Below, in pieces: positions 10,174 to 18,810 of a stretch of DNA of 64,000 nt (position 1 is the stretch's first letter; each line of letters begins with the position of its first letter). The DNA lies in contig JAMPGQ010000002.1 of NCBI GenBank assembly GCA_023663825.1, positions 2,762 through 66,761 on the forward strand, given 5' to 3'. Position numbers and translations under genes: made by a program. Origin of the DNA: Anaeroplasma bactoclasticum. Lineage in GTDB: Bacteria; Bacillota_I; Bacilli_A; Acholeplasmatales; Anaeroplasmataceae. Below the pieces are notes generated by a model. It was not told the DNA's origin and searched no databases. It worked only from the letters and a program-made list of their open reading frames with translations.

Positions 10174-11721
10174 TCATTTCTTTTTTATTTTTATAAAGCC
10201 TTTATAGCCTTTTGCAGAGGCTATTTTTTCATCTAAATTCGTAATCTTTTCATATCTGCAGGATAGTATCCTGTTTTCCTGTGGGTGTAATAAGATGCTC
10301 AAATGATAATATTTATTTTTCTTTGACGTTGGGGACAAAATATTTATCCTGTTATCCCCGTGCTTAACATCTTTTGAAATATATGCAGGAAAATTTACTA
10401 CTTTTAATATAGTTTGTAAATAATTAGATTCCTGTTCTACAAAATCTGAGTGCCTAATTTCAATATGATTTCTACCAGTCTTAGGTTTAACAAAAGAAAT
10501 AATATTGCTGGGCCACCCAAAGTTTGTAAATTTTGAATAGTCAAAATTAACAGATTCCTTTTTAATCAAATACTGTTCTTTAGGAAGATTTAAATTTAAT
10601 ATTGGCTGCCTATTTCTTTCGATACCAGGTAATAATTGCTTTTCAACTTTAGAAATTCTTGTACGCCAATCGAATCTTACTAAGCCTTTATCATGGCAAA
10701 ATCTGGCATATACTTCCTGGTATCGTTTAGATTCTTCTATGTAGGCCTTCCTATCTTCTGGAGATATGGCCATAGATGCCTGCTCTTTGGCATTGCGTAT
10801 CTTTCTTTCTAGGTATCTTTGCTTCTGTTCTAGGTTGCGCTCCTTAGCAATAGTGTTAGCATCATATTCGTTGAACAGATCCATTCCTTTTTGATACTTG
10901 ACCAATCTATGTCTGCAGTTATACCCTAGAAATCCATGAAGCATTGCATCCATTAGTGAATAATAGTCTAAACCATCAATTTTTCCCATTGGAGTTGGCT
11001 TATAATTAAGATCTACAGTTTGCTTGTATTCAGCACCTACATCACAATCAAGGATAAATATCTTTCCTTGCCATATTTGACAGCGTTCTGAAGCATTGCT
11101 ATGAGAAGATGCCACCACATATTCGATTCCATCATCCTTAAGTTTTTGAAGTCTTTCTTGGGTGTTTTGAAAACGTGCTGTCATTTCCGCTAAATTTCTT
11201 ATGGACATCTTTCTTCCAAGTCGGTCTTTCATAACAAGGTTTTTATCTGCAATTGCTTGCATGGCCTTTTTAACCGTGCTGACATACCCATCCATAAAAC
11301 TTTGAGCACCCGCTGTTCTACCTGTTGTCATGTAGTCCTCTATATTAGGAATCGTTCCCTCGCTATATCCATCCATTTCTACAGTCAATCCCTTTGATTT
11401 TTTTAAAGACTGCCCTGTTATCTCTTCATAAGATTTGAAAATTAATGGATTTTGGCTTCGTATAGCCTCTCTTGATAGTTGAGCCGTAATGTAAGTATAC
11501 CATTCTACAAAACGTAATTTAAGGGCATTTTCAGTTTTTTTGATGAGTTCTTGTGGTGCTTCAGCAGCCTTTAGAGCATTCTTTGTATCATCAATTATCT
11601 TTTGAACATTAGACTTAATAACTTCTTTATGCAAAGTATCTACAATGCCTGTTTTTAATGCTAATTTTAATTGGTTGTTAGCTTGCTCTATGAGAAGTAC
11701 CCATTCCTTTTCTTTATCCAT
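10174..11721 (-). CDS. phage head morphogenesis protein (SPP1 gp7-like minor head protein)
   Basis: 515-aa ORF immediately downstream of the portal gene, the canonical position of a gp7-family protein. Confidence 0.45.
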   Translation of the reverse strand: MDKEKEWVLLIEQANNQLKLALKTGIVDTLHKEVIKSNVQKIIDDTKNALKAAEAPQELIKKTENALKLRFVEWYTYITAQLSREAIRSQNPLIFKSYEEITGQSLKKSKGLTVEMDGYSEGTIPNIEDYMTTGRTAGAQSFMDGYVSTVKKAMQAIADKNLVMKDRLGRKMSIRNLAEMTARFQNTQERLQKLKDDGIEYVVASSHSNASERCQIWQGKIFILDCDVGAEYKQTVDLNYKPTPMGKIDGLDYYSLMDAMLHGFLGYNCRHRLVKYQKGMDLFNEYDANTIAKERNLEQKQRYLERKIRNAKEQASMAISPEDRKAYIEESKRYQEVYARFCHDKGLVRFDWRTRISKVEKQLLPGIERNRQPILNLNLPKEQYLIKKESVNFDYSKFTNFGWPSNIISFVKPKTGRNHIEIRHSDFVEQESNYLQTILKVVNFPAYISKDVKHGDNRINILSPTSKKNKYYHLSILLHPQENRILSCRYEKITNLDEKIASAKGYKGFIKIKKK

Positions 11722-13247
11722 TAGATTGCACCAAATAGAGTATTTGCATCTTGGCCATCTGTCTCGGCATCTATTCTTTCAATTTCAGCTTCTACTTCCT
11801 CATCCTTCCAATTTGGATTCAAATTCTTTATTGCTGTCTTTTGTGAGCAAAGTCTTGCATTATATCGTGCTATAACTATCTCATTGTTAGCGGCAGCATT
11901 CTCTGTAGTAGACTTATCCCATTTGACAAAAATAGATATCTGTTCATATCCAAGTAATAGCGCACAATCAGATAACATTTCATTAATAGTATCCGTAAAA
12001 GCATTATGTTTCTCTTTAACTGTCGCTTTCGTAAGATCTGACAACTCATCAATCTCACGGGCCGTTCGAACTCCTCCAAACAAAGTAGGATCAAAGTCAT
12101 ACACTGAAAGTCCACATTTAGTACAAATCCTTGATATAGAACAACTCATATCTGCTACCCATTCTGCCGTTCTTAAATTAAATTGAATATTTTGTGGTAT
12201 GGCCTTATCCGCAGCTAAGTTTTCATATGGAGTCATAAATGTGTAGTCAAGCATAGTAGTTGGTACCACTCTTCTTACACTTGTTCCATCCACATCGATT
12301 CTTTGAGATATCCTACTATCTGCTATTTTTCCAATAAAAGGTGTTATCACTCTACCTCTACCTATATTTTTGTCCATTTCTCTATAAGTAAAAGAGGTAT
12401 CATGCGAAATCACTTCATCTGCAATATCTATGTACTGACTTTCGCTAATACCACTATTAGGACATAAAAGATTGTCATCAGTATTAGATAAACGATAGAC
12501 ACCTAAGCAAGGTATTTCTTTAGGTTTATTAATTTTTACATCCCCTAATATCTTCTTAATATTATCTGGTATGTCCTCTTCTTTAAGCTGATACGCCTCT
12601 AGTTTGTCTGTTTCAGCTTTCATCGCGGTAGATTCATATTTTGTAATTATTACTTCAGAGTAGTAGGTCCCTTTTTTTAGATACCTATGTTCTGCCAAAA
12701 CATATTTAACGTACTTTGTTGATCCATCAATTAATTGTTTGTAAAGTTTGGCATCTATTATCTCATCTACAGTATTGACAATAATATCATACCTTGCCAA
12801 AGGATATGTCTGAATAACAATCTTAGACTTACCTTCTTTATCACTAGTCTGAAGGTCGATAGCAAGCAAGGCCTCTCCTCTTAAAAGCGTAGCTGACACT
12901 GCTTGCTTTATCTTTTTTGGAAATGCCTTAATTGCAGCCTTGATTATTTTAATATCATCGTCCTTTTCTCCTTCAATGGATACGTTATTTACTATTTTAG
13001 CCAATAATTTCTTGTGTATGGTTGGTATAGTCTTTGGGTTAAGCATCTTCCTATGTAGGTCTGGGACATTGCCAATCGCAAAACGATATGCCTCGTAATT
13101 GTTTCTAATTGCCACCTGTTTATCTACAGGTGCTATTCTCAAAAAGAACGAGTCATCTTCTGCAAAAGTTGTCTCTCGATGCTTTAAATATTCTCTTATA
13201 GATGGAGACAAATAGGCTGTCTCCTCGAATCCACTTGTTATTTTCAT
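11721..13247 (-). CDS. phage portal protein
   Basis: 508-aa ORF directly downstream of the terminase large subunit. Confidence 0.55.
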   Translation of the reverse strand: MKITSGFEETAYLSPSIREYLKHRETTFAEDDSFFLRIAPVDKQVAIRNNYEAYRFAIGNVPDLHRKMLNPKTIPTIHKKLLAKIVNNVSIEGEKDDDIKIIKAAIKAFPKKIKQAVSATLLRGEALLAIDLQTSDKEGKSKIVIQTYPLARYDIIVNTVDEIIDAKLYKQLIDGSTKYVKYVLAEHRYLKKGTYYSEVIITKYESTAMKAETDKLEAYQLKEEDIPDNIKKILGDVKINKPKEIPCLGVYRLSNTDDNLLCPNSGISESQYIDIADEVISHDTSFTYREMDKNIGRGRVITPFIGKIADSRISQRIDVDGTSVRRVVPTTMLDYTFMTPYENLAADKAIPQNIQFNLRTAEWVADMSCSISRICTKCGLSVYDFDPTLFGGVRTAREIDELSDLTKATVKEKHNAFTDTINEMLSDCALLLGYEQISIFVKWDKSTTENAAANNEIVIARYNARLCSQKTAIKNLNPNWKDEEVEAEIERIDAETDGQDANTLFGAI

Positions 13248-13267
13248 TTTCTTAATTTGTCTCCTTT

Positions 13268-14668
13268 CTACACAATTTGAGTTGCAATTTTTAAGCCGTA
13301 ATTTGTGCCGTCAATCACATGATTATTTTCATCTATTGGCTTTCCTGTTTTTTCATCTACCACTAGTCCACTTATCTCGACGATGTACATATCATCATCT
13401 CCTACCATTCTAAACGTAACAGGATCAATATATCCTGCATTTAAAAGAATGAAATAGTTTGGAATTGTCAATGTGGTTTGGTGCCTTTTCATATCAATGA
13501 GAACATCCTTACCTGGTACCTTTATAGCATTGTACTTTGTAAGGGTGTTAAACTCTAGCACTATATCTTGGGCCGCACTGTCAACAACTATAGTCACATC
13601 ATCAGGAGTGACTATTTGACCATGCATCTTATCTAACCATTTGAACCAATAATCCAACCAGTGTTCCATCAACTTAACTTGCTTAGATGCTCCAAGAGGA
13701 ATGTGTCCTAGATTTTGAGGATCATAGTAAAATGTCGGCAAACATACAATTCTTCCTGCAGAGGTAAGTAGCATTGGAATCAATGTAGTAGCATCTAAAA
13801 TAGTTCCTCCATCACATCCACATATCACACGTGCGACCTTTTCATATTTTCCAAATCTAAAATCATCAATGGCTATTGTGTGCTTATTTATATCAAACAT
13901 GGGATAACAAAGTCCCTTAAGCCCTGTGACCTTTCCAAGAAATACATGATTATACTCATTGATGTCATTTGCTTTAGTTGCCTCCGCCTCTTCCAAAAAT
14001 TCTTCTGTCAACCATTCCTGTGGTACTTGAGTGTAATCACTATGATGTTGATGTCTATATGGTTTGTTCTTTTTTGCGTCTATATTTATCCAATGTGACG
14101 GATTTTGAGGTGGGTTATAACTAGAAAATTGAATAAGCTTCTTAACGATACCTGCATCGTTCTTTCTAGCTATAGACAATTTGATAGACTGAATGTCAGA
14201 GGCTGACTTGAATTGATCCTTTTCTTCAAACCATAGATACGCTGGTATGCCATACGCAAATTTTATGGATTTCACTTTACTAGGATCATCACATCCTCTG
14301 AACCTGACTTCCTGTGGGTATTTGCTATTAGGCATATAAATCCACTTCATAGGACTTAGTGTTCGCCTCCAGTATTTAGCCACACCTAATTTTTCTATTG
14401 CCCATCCTATCTGTTCAAATACAGACTCCCTTAAGTCTTTTTGGTATTGTCTTAAAACGACAGCATGTGTGATAATTCCATTCTTTCTATCCAGCATCAT
14501 AAAGTAGACAATGCAAAGGGATATTATCGAAGATTTTGTAGAGCCACGACCTCCTACCTCATCATATTCTGTATATCTACCATTTCTTACATCATCCCAT
14601 AAATCATAAAAAATAGGGGCAATAAGTTCACTAATCTTCACTCTGTTTTGGTCTGATGTCATCCTCAA
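13268..14668 (-). CDS. terL: terminase large subunit
   Basis: 466 aa. Walker-A-like VGGRGSTKSS near the N-terminus and a C-terminal nuclease-type region. Follows terS. Confidence 0.75.
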   Translation of the reverse strand: MRMTSDQNRVKISELIAPIFYDLWDDVRNGRYTEYDEVGGRGSTKSSIISLCIVYFMMLDRKNGIITHAVVLRQYQKDLRESVFEQIGWAIEKLGVAKYWRRTLSPMKWIYMPNSKYPQEVRFRGCDDPSKVKSIKFAYGIPAYLWFEEKDQFKSASDIQSIKLSIARKNDAGIVKKLIQFSSYNPPQNPSHWINIDAKKNKPYRHQHHSDYTQVPQEWLTEEFLEEAEATKANDINEYNHVFLGKVTGLKGLCYPMFDINKHTIAIDDFRFGKYEKVARVICGCDGGTILDATTLIPMLLTSAGRIVCLPTFYYDPQNLGHIPLGASKQVKLMEHWLDYWFKWLDKMHGQIVTPDDVTIVVDSAAQDIVLEFNTLTKYNAIKVPGKDVLIDMKRHQTTLTIPNYFILLNAGYIDPVTFRMVGDDDMYIVEISGLVVDEKTGKPIDENNHVIDGTNYGLKIATQIV

Positions 14669-15017
14669 TCACCACACTTTCTTCATTAGAAGTTGGCTCC
14701 TGTTCTATACGTTCTCGCCATTTTGAAGGTTTTCTGTTCTTGAGCCAAAATATCATTGCTGTAACATTTCCTGACTTAGCAGAATTGAATAATGCATTCT
14801 CAATTTCGTAGTCAGCAGAGTCCTTTCCTTCTTTTAGGGTGTCCGATAAGTCCGAATACTTTTTCTTCCACTCGTAGAGTGTACTTCTAGAAATCCCCAT
14901 ATTATGGGCTATTTCATCATCCGTAAGTCCATCTCTTGCCCAGCCTCTTAGAAGTGCTAATCCTTGAGGCGATAGCCAGTACAAATATTTATTTTTGGTA
15001 TAAGATTTCTTCTTCAA
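14631..15017 (-). CDS. terS: terminase small subunit
   Basis: 128 aa with an HTH-like segment (LTDDEIAHNMGISRSTLYEWKK). Overlaps the terL start. Confidence 0.55.
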   Translation of the reverse strand: MKKKSYTKNKYLYWLSPQGLALLRGWARDGLTDDEIAHNMGISRSTLYEWKKKYSDLSDTLKEGKDSADYEIENALFNSAKSGNVTAMIFWLKNRKPSKWRERIEQEPTSNEESVVIEDDIRPKQSED

Positions 15018-15205
15018 TCAACCTCCACCTCCAAGTTTGGAACAAAACAAAAGAGCCTCAAAAGGCTCTAAGTTAGGAAATATGAGTAACATGGCAGTAT
15101 AAATTACTCCTTATTTGCTATATCCACGATACCATATTACCACAGATCAATAGGACATTGTCGGACATTTTTGAAAAAATTTTAATTTTTTTCAAGTTTT
15201 TTTAT

Positions 15206-15234
15206 TTGACAATAGACAACTTTTGTGGTGTAAT
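15206..15234 (+). promoter_or_regulatory. promoter-like element TTGACA-17nt-TGTAAT with upstream A/T tract, plus strand
   Basis: Seen in sequence. Positioned to drive the plus-strand mini-operon 15258-15758. Confidence 0.35.
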
Positions 15235-15257
15235 ATAAGTGTAGAAAGGAGGAAGAC

Positions 15258-15368
15258 ATGGAAATAATAAAAAATATCTTAGGAATTATAGCAAGTATCC
15301 TCGTGATTGCAGTCAATGGATACAAGATAATAAAATTCCTAAGACAAACATTCAAGAGGGGTAAATAA
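15258..15368 (+). CDS. 36-aa hydrophobic peptide (MEIIKNILGIIASILVIAVNGYKIIKFLRQTFKRGK)
   Basis: RBS AAAGGAGGAAG 5 nt before the ATG. Single TM helix plus basic tail. Confidence 0.3.
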   Translation: MEIIKNILGIIASILVIAVNGYKIIKFLRQTFKRGK

Positions 15369-15414
15369 GCCCCTCACCCCTTGTGGGATCCTTGTAGGAT
15401 ATTACTATTATACC

Positions 15415-15531
15415 ATGTCAAATAACATTATGCAAGTTTTAGAAATTGTGTTTTATGTACTTGTCATTGTTGCCTGTGCTCTGAGCATTGCAGCACTTGT
15501 TATCAGTTTAGGAAAAAAGAAAGGAGAATAA
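15415..15531 (+). CDS. 38-aa hydrophobic peptide (MSNNIMQVLEIVFYVLVIVACALSIAALVISLGKKKGE)
   Basis: ATG at 15415 and stop at 15529-31. Single TM helix plus basic tail, a paralog-like neighbour of the 36-aa peptide. Confidence 0.3.
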   Translation: MSNNIMQVLEIVFYVLVIVACALSIAALVISLGKKKGE

Positions 15532-15533
15532 GC

Positions 15534-15758
15534 GTGTATCCACTTGATGCAATTTTGCAGGAGTATAACGTTACTAGGTATACTTTTCAAAAAAAATTTA
15601 ATTATAGTAAAAATAGATTCTATAATTTAGTTGACCGAAATACTCCTGTAGATAATCTGCAGGTAGACATCATCCATGATATGAGCATTTGCTTTAACAT
15701 CTCTATGGATGAAGTCTACAAGAAACTAAAAACATATGAGCAAGAGACCCAGCATTAA
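15534..15758 (+). CDS. 74-aa hypothetical protein (possible small DNA-binding protein)
   Basis: GTG start with RBS AAAGGAG 8 nt upstream. Followed by a terminator. Confidence 0.35.
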   Translation: MYPLDAILQEYNVTRYTFQKKFNYSKNRFYNLVDRNTPVDNLQVDIIHDMSICFNISMDEVYKKLKTYEQETQH

Positions 15759-15775
15759 TTTGCTGGCTCTTTTTG
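15741..15775. terminator. bidirectional rho-independent terminator (GACCCAGCA-loop-TGCTGGCTC then T-run)
   Basis: Hairpin plus TCTTTTTG on the plus strand. Lies between the convergent genes 15534..15758(+) and 15781..16413(-). Confidence 0.45.
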
Positions 15776-15780
15776 TTATA

Positions 15781-16413
15781 TTATAAGTCCTCTGATTGTA
15801 TTTTTCTAATATCATCTAAAGCCACCTTTTTAAGCCTATAGAGTTGTTTATAGGATAATTCAAATGGTGCTGCTTCCTGGATTTGATATTGAGTTTTTCC
15901 CTCAAGAAAAATAGATGTCAGGATATATTTTCCTCTTGGATCCTTCACGTGTTCTAAGAGCTTCATACATTTCTCTAAATTGCAGCCTCTAGATCCTAAC
16001 AAATTTTCTAGTTTATGCTTAGCCTCGAGTAATCTAATATGCTGTAGTTCAACTGGATTTGCTGCTTTTGGTGGAACATAAGGCATTCCTGTAATACCAG
16101 CATCTTTGACAAAATTAGAAAGAACATCTATTTCTCTTTGAAGTAGCTGACATTGATATACTTCGGTCTGATAAGACTTTAATAGCATGATATTAGGATT
16201 ATTTTCGGGTTTGTACCCCTTACTCCTAAGTTCTACAATTTTTGCATTAGCTTCATTACGTAACTCATACCACTCATCTATTGTCATCTCCTCTAAGGTG
16301 GTTTTAACAAGATTCTTAGCATTTATCCCATCTTTAGAAAGGGTTTCTATTATCCAATCAATTAATTTTTCCATTTTTCTTAATCCTCCTAATTTCTGCT
16401 TTGACATAGTCAA
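15781..16413 (-). CDS. putative phage late-gene transcriptional activator (ArpU-like / sigma-70 region-4-like HTH)
   Basis: C-terminal segment SYKQLYRLKKVALDDIRK resembles sigma region 4. Located upstream of terS. The true start is probably an internal Met (MEKLIDW). Confidence 0.3.
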   Translation of the reverse strand: MTMSKQKLGGLRKMEKLIDWIIETLSKDGINAKNLVKTTLEEMTIDEWYELRNEANAKIVELRSKGYKPENNPNIMLLKSYQTEVYQCQLLQREIDVLSNFVKDAGITGMPYVPPKAANPVELQHIRLLEAKHKLENLLGSRGCNLEKCMKLLEHVKDPRGKYILTSIFLEGKTQYQIQEAAPFELSYKQLYRLKKVALDDIRKIQSEDL

Positions 16414-17748
16414 TAAGACTATTTTGAATATGATCCTTTTGGCTAAGTCTTTCCATTACTCTTTCATCCTCCGAGTCCTTGATTATCAGGTGATGAATAA
16501 TGACTGTATCTTTCTGACCCTGTCTATACAATCTGGAATTTGCTTGCTGATATAATTCCAAGTTGAAAGTTAGACCAAACCAAACTATTATGCTTCCTCC
16601 TGTCTGCATGTTCAAACCATGTCCCATTGAAGCAGGATTCGCGAGTAAGAGTCTGATCTTTTTTTTGTCCCAATCATCTAGAGCATTTTTATCATCTATG
16701 GTTTTTGGTTCTAAATCCTGAAAATATTCCTTGAGTCTAGCAAGGTCGGATTTATAATTGTAGAGAACAAGAATCGGAACTTCTGGATTATTCTCTAATA
16801 TTTCCTCTAGAGCTTCTAACTTATAATCATGAATTACCTCGTAGGAGCCATCACTCTTATATAGAGCTCCATTAGAGAGTTGAAGCAGCTTATTGCATAG
16901 AACACCTGCTGTAGCTGCTGTAATAACATCATCCTCAAGTTCAAGTATGAAATCTTTTTTGAAATCATCATAGATTCTTTTAACTTTGTCGGACATTACT
17001 AACTCTATGTTGTTATCTATGCGCTCAGGCATATCTAAGTAATCTACAGATTTCATGGAGACTACTATGTCAGATATTGCTTCATAAATACTTTCTTCTG
17101 CTTCAGGTTTTGCTATCCAATCATAAACAACATGTCCATTGCTTCTTCCTGGAGTAAAGTACCTCTTCCTATACTCTGTTAATGTCCTACCCAAACGCTG
17201 TCCTTGATCCAAAAGATATATTTGGCTCCATAGATCCATTAGACCCTTTGGCGCAGGAGTTCCGGTTAGAATCAATAATCTTGGGCACTTTATTGCCATT
17301 TTTTTTAAGGCTTTAAATCGTTTGGTACTTGCGTTCTTAAACGATGAGGATTCATCTACAATGATAGTATCAAACCTACTAACATCCTTTTCATAGAATA
17401 GATATCTATATAGCCATTCAACATTCTCTCGATTAATAAGATAAATCAATGCATCCTTTTTTAATGCTTGCAGTCTCTGCTTCTCTGTTCCTATAACTAT
17501 TGAGTAAGTTAGGTCTTTAAAATCATCCCATTTTTTAATCTCGTTAGGCCATGTATATTGGGCTACACGTTTTGGAGCAATAATTAGAACCTTGCTAATT
17601 TCTAGGTAATGGCTCTCCAACTTACGAAGAGCCATGAGTGTGGAAGCTGTCTTGCCGAGAGACCCATATCAAGTAAAAGTCCCGCTTTGGCCTTATCAAT
17701 GATAAATTGCGTGCTGAATTTTTGATATTCATGGGGTTTAAATTTCAA
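16358..17748 (-). CDS. SNF2-family helicase, interrupted by a frameshift within Walker A (possible pseudogene or sequencing error)
   Basis: The C-terminal 425 aa are intact. The N-terminal 27 codons read M(TTG)KFKPHEYQKFSTQFIIDKAKAGLLLDMGL in another frame. Removing one GA unit from the (GA)3 repeat at 17657-17662 restores DMGLGKTASTLMAL. The TTG start at 17748-17746 overlaps the HNH stop. Confidence 0.55.
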
Positions 17749-18173
17749 TGGTCATCACCTCCTTTATGCTTGCTATGCCACAAGGCATGCTCTGCCTGAG
17801 AAGGGAATATCATTAAATTATCTGGTGAATTGTTTAATTTGTTGCCATCAATATGATGAACTATCTCTCCGGGGAGTAATTTGCGCCCTAATTTTTCTTC
17901 TGCAACCTGTCTATGTAGGTGCCGACCGTTGCGTTTTGGGTATCCTTTTACATTCTCTTTAATCTTAGCAGTTGAAAGTTTCATCTTTATGGACTCAGTC
18001 ATTCTCATAGGATTCAACTTTTTATTTAGAGCAGCCATTCTAGGCCCACTTACCTTCTTAAAACAATTTCTGCTACAATATAGAATATAAGATTTTGTTA
18101 ATTGTGCAGGAGTTCTATAAAACATTTTCCCACATAGGGGACACTTGTACCAATTTCCATTAGCTTTTGGCAT
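17745..18173 (-). CDS. HNH endonuclease
   Basis: CPLCGK and CSRNC zinc-knuckle motifs plus HHIDGNKLNNSPDNLMIFPSQAEHALWH, the HNH motif. Confidence 0.75.
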   Translation of the reverse strand: MPKANGNWYKCPLCGKMFYRTPAQLTKSYILYCSRNCFKKVSGPRMAALNKKLNPMRMTESIKMKLSTAKIKENVKGYPKRNGRHLHRQVAEEKLGRKLLPGEIVHHIDGNKLNNSPDNLMIFPSQAEHALWHSKHKGGDDH

Positions 18174-18493
18174 TATTCCGTGTCCTCATAACATTCCATA
18201 AGATGATGCATTCTAACATCATATCGTTTCATAAGTGAATCTACTGATTCTTTAGTGTTAGCTAGGTATGCACGTGCTCCAGTATTATTTAGTTCACTTA
18301 AAATATGATTTTGATATTTGCTGACTTTGCCACCTTTTGGTCTTTTAGTCTCAACGAACATAATATATCCTCCTGGAAGAATACACAGCCTATCAGGAAA
18401 ACCCCTTTCTGATGTAGTATTTAGCTTTATACACATCCCAAGCCTAGATTCAACTTGAGCCTTCAAGTACTCTTCTATCGTTTTTTCTTTCAT
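18173..18493 (-). CDS. VRR-NUC domain nuclease
   Basis: GFPDRLCILPGGYIMFVETKRPKG matches a PD-(D/E)xK-type VRR-NUC signature. ATG at 18493 with RBS GGAGG 8 nt upstream. The upstream part of the track ORF (to 18640) runs into the iteron region and is unlikely to be coding. Confidence 0.6.
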   Translation of the reverse strand: MKEKTIEEYLKAQVESRLGMCIKLNTTSERGFPDRLCILPGGYIMFVETKRPKGGKVSKYQNHILSELNNTGARAYLANTKESVDSLMKRYDVRMHHLMECYEDTE

Positions 18494-18519
18494 ATTATTA
18501 CCTCCAAAATTTGTTGAAA

Positions 18520-18810
18520 ATCTACTTTGACTACAATGACTACATTCCTCGCGCGCGAGGGAGTATATGTGATTAGGCGTGTTAGGCGTGCATTTTTTAC
18601 GCGTGTACTGCCTAATTCGATAAATTTTAAATAATAGCATTTTAATGTAGTCATTGTAGTCAAAATTGAAAATATGTTGATATTTCGCGATATTTTGTGA
18701 CTACATTCTCCTAAATTTAATGTAGTCAAAATGTAGCCCTCTTGTAGACAATTGTCTACATCGAATGTAGTCAATGTAGTCAGTTTTTTAATAGAATGTA
18801 GTCAATTGGT
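18520..18810. repeat. putative phage origin of replication. Nine copies of the iteron (A)ATGTAGTCA (six direct, three inverted), the 18-bp palindrome TGTAGACAATTGTCTACA, the GC palindrome CCTCGCGCGCGAGG and tandem TTAGGCGTG
   Basis: Seen in sequence. Octamer copies at 18528, 18537, 18646, 18655, 18698, 18721, 18766, 18775 and 18797. The repeats fill the intergenic gap between the VRR-NUC and primase genes. Confidence 0.55.

Noticed and set aside
18490-18774. 94-aa minus-strand ORF in the track
   Set aside because: It lies entirely within the iteron and palindrome array, has no RBS, and its sequence is repeat-derived and low-complexity. It is interpreted as non-coding origin DNA.
18520-18810. 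Possible CRISPR array because of the short repeated motif
   Set aside because: The repeat unit is only 8-10 bp and occurs in both orientations with irregular spacing. There are no spacers of uniform length and no cas genes.
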